Below are positions 1 through 9,150 of a stretch of 64,000 bases of DNA, piece by piece. A program made the translations under genes and the position numbers. How positions within the stretch are numbered: position 1 is the stretch's first letter; each line of letters begins with the position of its first letter. The notes beneath the pieces are model-generated. The model was given only the letters and a program-made list of their open reading frames with translations, was not told the origin of the DNA and made no database searches. Origin of the DNA: an uncultured Candidatus Rokubacteria bacterium (GTDB taxonomy: Bacteria; Methylomirabilota; Methylomirabilia; Rokubacteriales; CSP1-6); NCBI GenBank assembly GCA_963771355.1, contig CAVYTA010000006.1, positions 1,920,001 through 1,984,000 of the forward strand, given 5' to 3'.

Positions 1-564
1 CTGGGCGCCGAGCCTCCGCGTCCCGACTACTGGCGCCTCACCATCGGCCGGCCCAGCGAGGAGGCCATCCCGCTCCTCCTCGGGCGCGCGGTGCCGGACC
101 GGGAGTCGTATCGCCTCGCCCGGCGCAAGCGCGAGCTCTACGTGGGGTTCTCGCGCCAGGGTATGCGCGCCGTCGCGGGCGCGCCTACCTTCGTGGCTGA
201 CCTCGCCCGGCGCGGCATCCCCCGCGCCGTCGGAACCTCGGCATCGAGCTGGGACGTGCACAATATCCTGGCCGGGCTCGGGCTCCGCCGGCACTTCGCG
301 GTGGTGGTGACCGCCGACGACGTGAGCTCTGGTAAGCCCGACCCGGAAGTCTATGTCCTCGCCGCCCGGCGCCTCCATGCCGATCCCGCCGGCTGCATCG
401 TCTTCGAGGACTCGGTGGTGGGGATTCACGCCGCCCGCGCGGCGGGCATGCGGGCCATCGGCGTGGCCACCGCCTACGACGAGGCGGAGCTGCTGGCGGC
501 CGGCGCCGAACGGGTGGTCGACGACTTCCAGGGGCTCGCATGGGACTCGATCGCAAGCCCGTAG
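1..564 (+). CDS. HAD-family phosphatase (beta-phosphoglucomutase-like), 5'-truncated by window edge
   Basis: Frame 1 is open from base 1; HAD motifs GTSAS, GKPDPEVY and VFEDSVVG present. Confidence 0.85.
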   Translation: MGAEPPRPDYWRLTIGRPSEEAIPLLLGRAVPDRESYRLARRKRELYVGFSRQGMRAVAGAPTFVADLARRGIPRAVGTSASSWDVHNILAGLGLRRHFAVVVTADDVSSGKPDPEVYVLAARRLHADPAGCIVFEDSVVGIHAARAAGMRAIGVATAYDEAELLAAGAERVVDDFQGLAWDSIASP

Positions 565-1238
565 GCGAACCGGGATTCTGGGAGGGGCTCTACGCCGAGG
601 GCAACGACGGCTGGGAGCTGCGCGAGCCGAGTCCGGCGCTGGTCGCTTGGCTTGACGGGGGCGGGCGATTTACCATCAGCGGGGGCCTCGAAATGGCCCC
701 CGCTCTCCCCCCATCGGCGGACGCTCGAAGAGTCCCCGCTCTCCCCCCATCGGCGGACGCTCCGCTGGTCGCGGTGCCGGGATGCGGGCGCGGGCATGAT
801 GCGCGCCTGCTCGCGCAGCGGGGTTATCAGGTGGTGGGCTTCGACTTCGCGGAGGCCGCCGTGAAGGAGGCTCGCGCGCTCGCCGCCGCCGAGGGCAGCG
901 CGGCGCGCTTCGAGCGGCGCGACATCTTCACGCTCGCCGCCGACTTCGCCGAGGCCTTCGACGCGGTGTGGGAGTACACGTGCTTCTGTGCCATCGACCC
1001 CGCGCGTCGGGCGGACTACGTGGAGGTGGTGCGCGCCATTCTGAAGCCGGGCGGCACCCTTCTCGGCTGCTTCTACCCGCTGCGGGAGGGCGGCGACGGC
1101 CCGCCGTACCCGGTGGCGCTGGCCGAGGTGGAGCAGCTCCTCGCGCCGGGCTTCCGCGTGGAGGAGTCGCGCGCGCCCGCCGCGTCCGTCGAGCGGCGGC
1201 ACGGGCTGGAGTGGCTGGTCCGCGCCACTCGCGTCTAG
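540..1238 (+). CDS. SAM-dependent methyltransferase, thiopurine S-methyltransferase / halide methyltransferase-like
   Basis: FW..Y...NDGW N-terminus, VPGCGRGHD motif I, WEYTCFCAI and GPPY motifs; carries an in-frame repeat-derived insertion at about 670-762. Confidence 0.85.
   Translation: MGLDRKPVGEPGFWEGLYAEGNDGWELREPSPALVAWLDGGGRFTISGGLEMAPALPPSADARRVPALPPSADAPLVAVPGCGRGHDARLLAQRGYQVVGFDFAEAAVKEARALAAAEGSAARFERRDIFTLAADFAEAFDAVWEYTCFCAIDPARRADYVEVVRAILKPGGTLLGCFYPLREGGDGPPYPVALAEVEQLLAPGFRVEESRAPAASVERRHGLEWLVRATRV
678..762. repeat. Palindromic element plus 29-bp direct repeat inside the methyltransferase CDS
   Basis: Perfect 10-bp stem agcgggggcc(678-687)/ggcccccgct(695-704); direct repeat ccccgctctccccccatcggcggacgctc at 698-726 and 734-762 (period 36). 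Confidence 0.85.
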
Positions 1239-2117
1239 CGCGCCAGCGCCACGCAGATCACGCCGGCCAGCACGAGGCTGGCGGCGGCGAGCCGCCGGCC
1301 CACCCCGCGCTCGCCGAACCAGAGCCGTCCGATGGCCACCGACAGCACGATGGAGATCTCGCGGGCGGCCACCACGTAGCCGGCCTTCGAGAGGCGAAAG
1401 GCGAAGAGGACGAGGAGATAGCTGGTGAGGTTGAGCGTCGAGGCCACCAGGATGGCGCGCCAGTTGGTCCGCCACTCGCGCGCCAGCGCGGCCCGCCGGC
1501 GCACCATGGCCGGCACGAGAAGCAGGCTCATGCCCACGCCGAGGATGGCGATGTACGGCACCGGGTGAAGCCGCGCCACTCCGGCCTTGTCCACCAGCGA
1601 GTAGGCCGGCGATGGAGAGTCCGGTGACGAGCGCCCAGCCCGTCCCCGCGCTCATCAGCCGGCGCGGGCCGGCGGCGGCGCTCCGCCCCGCCGAGTTGAG
1701 CCCCGCGGAGCTCAGATTGATGCCCACGATGCCCGCCACGACCAGCAGCACGCCCAGCGCGCCCAGCGCCGACGGCCGCTCGCCCAGGAAGAAGAATGCG
1801 GCGAACGGCACCAGCGCCACGCCCAGGCCGCGCGCAATCGGGTAGACGAGCGAGAACTCACCCGAGCCATAGGCGCGCCCCAGCAGGTAGAAGTACACCG
1901 CGTGAATGACGCTGGTGGCGGCGAGAAAGGGCCAGGCGGCGGCGGGCACGCCCTCGCGCGGCAGGAACCCCCAGCCCACGGGCAGGAGCACCAGGGTGGC
2001 CAGCGAGACGGAGGACCAGAGAAAGGCCAGCTGGTCCTGCGCCCGCTTCGTCAGCGCGTTCCAGGACGCATGGATGGCGGCCGCGGCGAGAACGAGGAGC
2101 AGGGCGTCGGTGCGCAT
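1235..2117 (-). pseudogene. EamA/DMT family transporter with a +1 frameshift near 1606 (possibly a sequencing error)
   Basis: MRTDALLLVLAAAAIHASWN...GEFSLVYPIARG in one frame and DKAGV...YVVAAREISIV in another; removing one G restores LSIAAYSLVDKAG. Confidence 0.8.
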
Positions 2118-2169
2118 CCGCGACAGTCTACCGGACCCCTCCGCCGAGGCAGAGCAGTTCGCATGGGGG

Positions 2170-2199
2170 TTTACGCGAGCCGGGCATCCGGTGTAGTCT
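2170..2199 (+). promoter_or_regulatory. Candidate sigma70 promoter of the first ABC operon
   Basis: TTTACG-N18-TAGTCT about 90 bp upstream of the binding-protein gene. Confidence 0.4.
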
Positions 2200-2289
2200 G
2201 CTGCCCACGCCGCCGGCCCGGATCGCCACGCGGCCCGGCGCGCGCGCGCCGTCGAGCCAGACACCCCTTCAGCGTGGAGGACGACACTG

Positions 2290-3624
2290 ATGTCACAGAT
2301 CACACGTCGAACGTTCCTCGGCACCGCCGGCCTCACCGCGGCCGGTGTCGCGACCGGCCCCTGGGTGCTCCGCGCCCATGCGCAGGCCCAGACCATCAAG
2401 ATCGGGATCCTGTACGACCACACCGGGCCCTTCTCCGCCGCCGGCTCCCTGAACTGCTGGCGCGGGGCCAAGATGATCATTGACTACGTCAACGAGAAGG
2501 GCGGCGTCCTCGGCAAGTACAAGATCGTCCAGGTGGACGGTGACAGCCAGTCCAAGGCCGAGGTTGCGATCAACGAGGCCGAGCGGCTCCTCAACGTGGA
2601 GAAGGTAGACATCCTCGCCGGCGTCTACTCGAGCGCCCACGCGGTGCCGCTGGCCGAGAAGGTGGACAAGCAGAAGCGCTTCCTCTGGATCACGACCGCC
2701 ATCTCGTCGAAGGTGTTCGATGGCCGGAACCTCCAGTACACCTTCCGGCCCCAGGCGACGGGCACCCAGTTCGGCGAGCTCTCGGTGGCCTACATCGCCG
2801 ACTACAGCGAGAGCATGCTCAAGAAGGCGGCGAAGGACCTCCGCCTCGCCATCATGTACGAGGACGGCGCCTACGGAGCGGACGTGGGCCTCGGCAACGA
2901 GCTGAAGGCCAAGGAGCTGGGGCTGAACGTGGTGCTGAAGGAAGGCTATTCCATCAACGCCCCCGACCTCTCCTCGCTGGTGACGAAGCTGCGCTCCGTG
3001 CGGCCCGACGTGCTCTTCCACACCGGCTACAACCCCGACATCTCGCTCTTCCTCCGGCAAGCCAAGGAGCAGGGATTGCGCATGCGCGCCTATGTCGGAC
3101 ACGGCGCGGGCCATAGCCAGATCGACAAGCTCAAGGAAGCCTTCGGCAAGGACGTCGAGTGGTTCCACACCCTCGACCCCATCGCCTCGCAGCTCCTCGA
3201 TCCCAAGAAGCTCAAGCCCGGCGTGGGCGATCTCACCGCCGAAATGGTCAAGCGCTACAAGGCGCTCTATGACCCCGCCGTGCAGCCCAACGCCATCGCC
3301 CCCCACGTGTCCATGGGCTTCAACAACATGTGGATTCTCCTCAACGACGTGGTGCCGCGCGCCATCCAGAAGCACGGCGGCTTCACACCCGACGCCCTCG
3401 CCAAAGCCGCGCGCGAGACCGACATTCCCGAGGGCGGCACCATGCAGGGCTACGGCGTGAAGTTCTATCCCCCCGGCCACCGTTTCGCCGGCCAGAACGA
3501 GCGCGCGTACCCGGCCGTCTTCCAGATCATCGAGAGCAAGTTCGAGCTTGTCTATCCCAAGGTCGTCGCCACCGCGCAGCCCGTGCTGCCGCTGCCGGCA
3601 TCCTCACCGTTCGCCGCACGCTGA
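2290..3624 (+). CDS. Branched-chain amino acid-type ABC transporter substrate-binding protein, Tat-exported
   Basis: ITRRTFL Tat motif, AHA/AQA cleavage site, IKIGILYDHTG type-1 PBP start; RBS GGAGG. Confidence 0.9.
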   Translation: MSQITRRTFLGTAGLTAAGVATGPWVLRAHAQAQTIKIGILYDHTGPFSAAGSLNCWRGAKMIIDYVNEKGGVLGKYKIVQVDGDSQSKAEVAINEAERLLNVEKVDILAGVYSSAHAVPLAEKVDKQKRFLWITTAISSKVFDGRNLQYTFRPQATGTQFGELSVAYIADYSESMLKKAAKDLRLAIMYEDGAYGADVGLGNELKAKELGLNVVLKEGYSINAPDLSSLVTKLRSVRPDVLFHTGYNPDISLFLRQAKEQGLRMRAYVGHGAGHSQIDKLKEAFGKDVEWFHTLDPIASQLLDPKKLKPGVGDLTAEMVKRYKALYDPAVQPNAIAPHVSMGFNNMWILLNDVVPRAIQKHGGFTPDALAKAARETDIPEGGTMQGYGVKFYPPGHRFAGQNERAYPAVFQIIESKFELVYPKVVATAQPVLPLPASSPFAAR

Positions 3625-3640
3625 GCGGAGCCATTTCGCT

Positions 3641-3678
3641 CGCCTCAGGGAGCGCCGGAACCGGCGCTCCCTGAGGCG
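3641..3678. repeat. Perfect 18-bp inverted repeat between the SBP and ATPase genes (REP-like / mRNA stabiliser)
   Basis: cgcctcagggagcgccgg-aa-ccggcgctccctgaggcg; no U-tract. Confidence 0.8.
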
Positions 3679-3690
3679 GATCCCTCCCGC

Positions 3691-4422
3691 GTGCTCACCA
3701 TCACCGAGCTCACCAAGCGATTCGGGGGCTTCACCGCCCTCAACGCCGTGTCCTTCTCGGTCCGCGAGGGCGAGATCCTCGGCCTCATCGGGCCCAATGG
3801 CTCCGGCAAGACCACGCTGTTCAACTGCGTGTCGGGCGCGTTGATCCCCACCGCCGGCTCCATCCGCTTCAAGGACGCCGAGATCGCCGGGCTGACCCCC
3901 GACCGCATCTGTCACCGGGGCATCGCCCGGACCTTCCAGATCCCGCGCCCCTTCCGCAAGCTCACCATCGTCGAGAACGTGGCGGTGGCCGCGCACTACG
4001 GCGCGGAAACGCGCACCGGCGAGGCGGAGGCGCGGGTCAAGGCCGCGGAGATCCTGCGCCTGGTCGGCTTGCCCGCCGACCCCGACGCGGTGCCCACCCT
4101 CCTCGGCGCGGGCGGCCTCAAGAAGCTCGAGCTGGCACGTGCGCTTGCCACCGGGCCGCGGCTTCTCCTCGCCGACGAGAGCCTGGGCGGGCTCGACCAC
4201 GCCGAGATGAGCGGCGCCGCCGAGATGCTCCGCCGCATCCGGGGCGAGCTGGGGATCACCATCGTGTGGGTCGAGCACATCATGGCCACCCTGATGCGGG
4301 TGGTCGACCGGGTGGTCGTGCTCGACCACGGCGAGAAGATCGCAGAGGGGCGGCCCCTCGAAGTGGCCAAGGATCCGACCGTCATCGAAGCCTACCTCGG
4401 CGACACGGCGGCGCTGGCATGA
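3691..4422 (+). CDS. livG: ABC ATP-binding protein, LivG-like
   Basis: GPNGSGKT Walker A, GIARTFQIPRPF, LLLADE. Confidence 0.9.
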   Translation: MLTITELTKRFGGFTALNAVSFSVREGEILGLIGPNGSGKTTLFNCVSGALIPTAGSIRFKDAEIAGLTPDRICHRGIARTFQIPRPFRKLTIVENVAVAAHYGAETRTGEAEARVKAAEILRLVGLPADPDAVPTLLGAGGLKKLELARALATGPRLLLADESLGGLDHAEMSGAAEMLRRIRGELGITIVWVEHIMATLMRVVDRVVVLDHGEKIAEGRPLEVAKDPTVIEAYLGDTAALA

Positions 4423-5129
4423 GCATGCTCGAGCTGCGGAAGGTCACCGCGGGTTACGGTCACTTCACCGCCCTGTGGGATGTGGACCTCACGGTGGCGT
4501 CCGGCGAGGCGGTGGCGGTGGTGGGTCCCAACGGCGCGGGCAAGACCACCCTCATGCGCGTGATCTCGGGGCTCATCGCCCCGCGCGCCGGCGAGCTCGT
4601 CTTCGAGGGGGCCGCGCTCGCCGGCCGGCCCGCCCACGAGATCGTGGCCCACGGCATCGCCCACGTGCCCGAGGGACGCCGGCTCTTCCCCGCGCTCACC
4701 GTCGCCGACAATCTCAAGATGGGCGCCTACCTGCCCGCCGCGCGGGCCCGATACGCGGAAAGCCTGGAGCGCGTCTACACCCTCTTCCCGGTCCTGGCGG
4801 AGCGAAGCACCCAGCGCGCGGGCAGCATGTCCGGCGGCGAGCAACAGATGCTCGCGGTGGGGCGCGCCCTCATGTCGCGGCCGAAGATCATCCTGCTCGA
4901 CGAGCCCTCCATGGGCCTGGCCCCGGTGGTGGTCCTCCGCCTCTTCGACCTCATCCGGCGCGTGCGCGAGGAGGGTTACACCATCCTGGTGGTGGAGCAG
5001 AACGTGCGGCAGGTGCTCAAGCTCGTGGACCGCGCCTATCTCCTCGAGGTGGGCCGCATCAAGATGGAAGGCCGCGCCGCCGACCTCTCCGAGCACGACT
5101 TCGTCCGCAAGGCATATGTGGGTTTGTGA
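4419..5129 (+). CDS. livF: ABC ATP-binding protein, LivF-like
   Basis: ATGA overlap; GPNGAGKT, VPEGRRLF, MSGGEQQM, LLDEPSMGLAP. Confidence 0.9.
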   Translation: MSMLELRKVTAGYGHFTALWDVDLTVASGEAVAVVGPNGAGKTTLMRVISGLIAPRAGELVFEGAALAGRPAHEIVAHGIAHVPEGRRLFPALTVADNLKMGAYLPAARARYAESLERVYTLFPVLAERSTQRAGSMSGGEQQMLAVGRALMSRPKIILLDEPSMGLAPVVVLRLFDLIRRVREEGYTILVVEQNVRQVLKLVDRAYLLEVGRIKMEGRAADLSEHDFVRKAYVGL

Positions 5130-5250
5130 GGCGCAGCAGGTTTGTGAGCCGCAGCCGAAGGCGAGGCGAACGCATATGGAAATCTTGAGTCGCCGCCAAC
5201 CGGCTCCGTCAATCGTCAGTCGCCGCCAACCGGGTCGCCTCCAACCGTGA
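5126..5250. repeat. Intergenic repeat element flanked by GTGA duplication, with three agtcgccgccaaccgg-like copies
   Basis: agtcgccgccaaccgg at 5188-5203 and 5218-5233, degenerate third copy at 5234-5247; ggtttgtgag at 5121-5130 and 5139-5148. Confidence 0.65.
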
Positions 5251-6113
5251 TCGATCCCATCTTCATCGCGGAAGCGGCCGTGAACGGCATCCTCCTCGGC
5301 GGCATCCTCGCCCTCCTCGCGCTCGGCCTCAACCTGATCTTCGGCGTCATCGACATCGTCTGGATCGCATACGTCGACCTCGTCATGCTGTGCATGTACG
5401 CGATGTACTTCCTCGTGCAGGTGTACGGCTGGCCGGTCTGGGCCGCGGGCCTGGTCTCGCTGCTCCTGGGCGCCGTCCTCGGCGTGGGGGTCCACCTCCT
5501 CATCATCACGCCGATCCTCGGCAGCCCGCCCGTCAACCAGCTCCTCGCCACCGGCGGACTCCTCTTCTTCATCCAGTCCTTCGCCACCTTCCTCTGGACC
5601 ACCGACCACAAGACCGTGCGCCTGTCCCTGCCTTCCTACGAGGTGGCCGGCATCTTCCTGCCCGCCGGGCGCATCATCCCCTTCGTGATCTCCATCGTCG
5701 CCATGGTGGCGCTGTACCTCTTCCTCACGCGCACCTACATGGGCACGGCGATCCGCGCCGTTTCCCAGGACCGCGATGCCATGCGCCTGATGGGGGCCGA
5801 CCCGCAGCGGGTCTACATCGTCACCTCCGCGGTGGGCGGCCTCATGGCGGGTCTGGCGGGCGCGCTCCTCATCTTCCAGTACTCGGTGCACCCGTTCTTC
5901 GGGGGCCAGTTCGGGCCGCTCACCTTCATGATCTGCGTGCTCGGCGGGCTCGGGAACATGGTGGGGGCCTTCATCGCCTCCTTCATCATGAGCGAGATCA
6001 TCTCGGTCTCCGGCGTGCTCTGGTCCACCGAGATGGGCTACGTGATCGCCTTCGTGGTGTTCATCGTCATGATCTTCGCCCGCCCCGGCGGCATCATGGC
6101 GAAGCGGCAGTGA
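5247..6113 (+). CDS. livH: Branched-chain amino acid ABC permease, LivH-like
   Basis: LALGLNLIFGV, GTAIRAVSQDRDAMRLMG, VLGGLGN. Confidence 0.9.
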   Translation: MIDPIFIAEAAVNGILLGGILALLALGLNLIFGVIDIVWIAYVDLVMLCMYAMYFLVQVYGWPVWAAGLVSLLLGAVLGVGVHLLIITPILGSPPVNQLLATGGLLFFIQSFATFLWTTDHKTVRLSLPSYEVAGIFLPAGRIIPFVISIVAMVALYLFLTRTYMGTAIRAVSQDRDAMRLMGADPQRVYIVTSAVGGLMAGLAGALLIFQYSVHPFFGGQFGPLTFMICVLGGLGNMVGAFIASFIMSEIISVSGVLWSTEMGYVIAFVVFIVMIFARPGGIMAKRQ

Positions 6114-7123
6114 GCCGGGGGCGTATCGTCGGGGGGCTCTTTCTCGCCGTGCTCCTCGCGGGGCCCTTCCTGCCCCTCGGCGTCACCCGCGAGTACACCA
6201 TCCACGTGGCGGTGCAGGTCCTCATCTGGTCCTTCATCGGCGGCGCGTGGTCGCTCATGGGCCGGTTCGGGCTCGTCTCGCTCGGCCACGGGGCCTTCCT
6301 CGGCCTCGGCGCCTACACCTCGACGCTGCTGTGGAACTTCTACGGCCTCACGCCGTGGATCGGGGCGGTGGTGGCAGTGGGGCTCACCGCGGTGTTCGCC
6401 CTCATCGTCGCCTACCCCTGCTCGCGCTTCCAGGTGATCGGCCACTACTTCGGGCTGGTCACCCTCGCCGTGGGCGAGGTGGTCCGCCTCCTCATCATCG
6501 CCGAGCGCAACTGGACGGGCGGCTCGCTCGGGGTGTCCGTTCGCTCCGCGGTGGGCGACAGCGTCTGGGCCATCCAGTTCGCGGACAAGCGCGTGTTCTA
6601 CTACGGCGCCCTCGTCCTCTGGCTGGGCGGCCTCTGGGTGTGGCACCGGCTCGACCGCTCGATGGCGCGGTCGGCGATGGAGGCGATCGGCGAGGACGAG
6701 ACCGCCGCCGCCTCGGTGGGGATCCACGTGAGCCGCTTCAAGATGGCGATCACCGTGCTCTCCGCCTCGCTCACCGCGCTGGGCGGGGTCGCCTACGCCC
6801 AGTACATCGCCTACGTGAACCCGGACACGCTGTCCGGGATCGGCGTGTCCCTTCGGATCGTGTTCGCGGTCGTCCTCGGCGGGATGTACTCGCTGCTCGG
6901 CCCCACCGTGGGCACCGCGCTCACCATTGCGCTCGGCGAGACCCTCCGCATCGGCTTCGGCCTCAAGTTCATCGGCATGGCCGAGACCATCTACGGCTTT
7001 CTGCTCATCGTCTTCATCATCTTCCTCCCCAACGGCATCTACGGCAGCCTCCGCGAGGCCTTGCGGCGCCGCGCGAGCCCACCCGCCTCCGCGCCCGCGG
7101 TCCCCGCCAACACCACCGCCTGA
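6110..7123 (+). CDS. livM: Branched-chain amino acid ABC permease, LivM-like
   Basis: GTGA overlap; GLVSLGHGAFLGLGAY, AIGEDETAAASVGI, VVLGG. Confidence 0.88.
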   Translation: MSRGRIVGGLFLAVLLAGPFLPLGVTREYTIHVAVQVLIWSFIGGAWSLMGRFGLVSLGHGAFLGLGAYTSTLLWNFYGLTPWIGAVVAVGLTAVFALIVAYPCSRFQVIGHYFGLVTLAVGEVVRLLIIAERNWTGGSLGVSVRSAVGDSVWAIQFADKRVFYYGALVLWLGGLWVWHRLDRSMARSAMEAIGEDETAAASVGIHVSRFKMAITVLSASLTALGGVAYAQYIAYVNPDTLSGIGVSLRIVFAVVLGGMYSLLGPTVGTALTIALGETLRIGFGLKFIGMAETIYGFLLIVFIIFLPNGIYGSLREALRRRASPPASAPAVPANTTA

Positions 7124-7183
7124 CCCGCTGGCCCGTGGCGGAGGCCTCGGGCATAATGGCCCCGAGGCGCGGAGGAGGATTCG

Positions 7184-8095
7184 ATGGCGCGATGGACGGT
7201 GTTTCCGGAGGGCGAGGAGCCGCCGAAGGTGGCGGCAGCGCTCGCCGAGCAGGTGGAGAGGGACGGGGGGCGGGCGCTCGCGCTGTACCGCGAGCCGGTG
7301 GGCCAGCACTGGCAGATCTTCTGCCTGCTCCCCGCCGCGCTGGTGGAGGCCACCCCGTACCAGCGCGATCTCTCTCCCACCCACGTGAAGCGGCTCCAGG
7401 AGTGCGTGAAGAAGATCAATCGCTTCGTGGATCCCATCGTGGCGATGTCGCCCGGGCCCGGGGTGTACTGGACGCCCAACGGCAATCACCGGCGCACCGT
7501 GCTGGAGAAGCTCAAGGCCAAGATGGTGCCCGCCATCCTGGTCCCGGAGCCGGAGGTGGCGTATCAGATCCTCGCGCTGAACACCGAGAAGGCCCACAAC
7601 CTCAAGGAGAAGTCCCTCGAGGTGATCCGCATGTACAAGGGCCTGGTCAAGGAGGAGCCGTCGAGCGGCGAGGAGGACTACGCCTTCCAGTTCGAGGCCC
7701 CGCACTTCGTGACCCTGGGCCTCCTCTACGAGCAGAACAAGCGGTTTTCGGGGGGCGCCTTCGCGCCCATCCTCCGGCGCGTGGACAAGTTCCTCAAGGG
7801 CCACTTCCCGAAGACGCTCGAGGAGCGCGAGGAGCGCGCGGCGATGGTGGCGGAGGCCGACGAGGCTCTCGTCAAGGTGGTGGCCAAGATCAAGAAGCGC
7901 GGGATCAACCATCCCTACGTGAAGAACTTCGTCCTGGCGCGGACGACGCCGCTCACCCGGCAGCGCAAGACCCTGCCCTCCTTCGAGCAGACGTTCAAGA
8001 AGCTCACCGCCAACATCGAGGAGTTCGACGTGGCCAAGGTCCGTTACGAAGACGTACAGCGCGCCGGCATCTTCGCTGCGCCGGCGGCCGGCTAG
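7184..8095 (+). CDS. ParB/Srx N-terminal domain protein (orphan, no parA)
   Basis: TPYQRDLS..H..L....F.DPIV...WTPNGNHRR resembles the ParBc fold; RBS GGAGGAGG; upstream -10-like CATAAT. Confidence 0.75.
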   Translation: MARWTVFPEGEEPPKVAAALAEQVERDGGRALALYREPVGQHWQIFCLLPAALVEATPYQRDLSPTHVKRLQECVKKINRFVDPIVAMSPGPGVYWTPNGNHRRTVLEKLKAKMVPAILVPEPEVAYQILALNTEKAHNLKEKSLEVIRMYKGLVKEEPSSGEEDYAFQFEAPHFVTLGLLYEQNKRFSGGAFAPILRRVDKFLKGHFPKTLEEREERAAMVAEADEALVKVVAKIKKRGINHPYVKNFVLARTTPLTRQRKTLPSFEQTFKKLTANIEEFDVAKVRYEDVQRAGIFAAPAAG

Positions 8096-8099
8096 CCGT

Positions 8100-8429
8100 A
8101 TGCCGCGACCGCCGCGCCTCTCCGACGACCACGTGAGCTCCCGGTTGCGCGCGCTGCGCGGCTGGACGCTCCTCGACGGCAAGCTCCACCGGGTCTACGA
8201 GTTCCCGGATTTCGTGGGGGCCTTCGGCTTCATGACCGCGGCCGCCCATGCCGCGGAGGGCCTGGAGCACCATCCGGACTGGTGCAATGTGTTCAACCGC
8301 GTCACCGTGGACCTTTCCACCCACGACGCGGGCGGACTCACCGAGCTGGACTTCGCCCTCGCCGAGCGGATGGAAGCCCTCGCGGCCGAACCGCCGTGCC
8401 GGCACCTGCCCGACCCGCCGGAACCCTGA
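8100..8429 (+). CDS. phhB: Pterin-4-alpha-carbinolamine dehydratase
   Basis: EHHPDW.NV.NRV.V.L.THDAGGLTELD signature. Confidence 0.9.
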   Translation: MPRPPRLSDDHVSSRLRALRGWTLLDGKLHRVYEFPDFVGAFGFMTAAAHAAEGLEHHPDWCNVFNRVTVDLSTHDAGGLTELDFALAERMEALAAEPPCRHLPDPPEP

Positions 8430-8431
8430 GC

Positions 8432-9127
8432 GTGCCGGGCCGCGTCGCCATCGTCGCGGGGGGCACCGGAGCCCTCGGCCAGTCCATCTGCCTGGCCTTC
8501 CTGTCCGCCGGGCATACCGTCTGCGTGCCGTTCGCGGTGCCGGAGGAAACGGAGGCCCTGCGCGCCCGGCTGGGACCCGCCGAGGCCCCCCGCCTGGACG
8601 CTGCCGCCTGCGACGTCACCGACGAGACCGCCGTGAACCGGTTCGTGGCCGGCGTCGTCGAGCGGCACGGGCGGGTGGACGTGCTGGTCAACGCGGTGGG
8701 CGGCTTCGCGGGCGGGGACCTCGCCTCGACGTCCCTGACCGAGTGGAACCGCATGCTCACGCTCAATCTCAACACCGCGGTGCTCGGCTGCCGCGCGGTC
8801 CTGCCCGCGATGACCCGGGCCGGCCGCGGCCGCATCGTGAACATCGCCTCGCGCGCGGTGGTGCCGCCCCAGGGCGGCTTCATCGCCTACACGGTGTCCA
8901 AGTCGGCCGTCATCACGCTCACCCAGGCTCTCGCCCAGGAAGTGCGGGCCCATGGCATCACCGTGAACGCGGTGCTGCCCAGCACCATGGACACTCCCGC
9001 CAATCGCCAGGCCATGCCGGACGCCGACCGCGCCTCCTGGGTCTCCACCGACGCGGTCGCCCTCGTGGTGGCCTTCCTGGCCTCGGATGCCGCGGAGGCG
9101 GTCTCCGGGGCCGCCGTCCCCGTCTGA
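8432..9127 (+). CDS. Short-chain dehydrogenase/reductase
   Basis: AGGTGALG, LVNAVGG, YTVSK catalytic motif, VNAVLPSTMDTPANR. Confidence 0.88.
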   Translation: MPGRVAIVAGGTGALGQSICLAFLSAGHTVCVPFAVPEETEALRARLGPAEAPRLDAAACDVTDETAVNRFVAGVVERHGRVDVLVNAVGGFAGGDLASTSLTEWNRMLTLNLNTAVLGCRAVLPAMTRAGRGRIVNIASRAVVPPQGGFIAYTVSKSAVITLTQALAQEVRAHGITVNAVLPSTMDTPANRQAMPDADRASWVSTDAVALVVAFLASDAAEAVSGAAVPV

Positions 9128-9150
9128 GCGCCCGGAGTATACTCACCGTC

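Noticed and set aside
5188..5247. Three short repeats as a mini CRISPR array
   Set aside because: Repeats are only 14-16 bp with 14-nt and 0-nt spacers, and there is no cas operon; the Cas4-like gene is 7 kb away and solo
7184..8095. Plasmid or chromosome partition locus / replication origin
   Set aside because: No parA, parS palindrome, rep gene or DnaA-box cluster was seen
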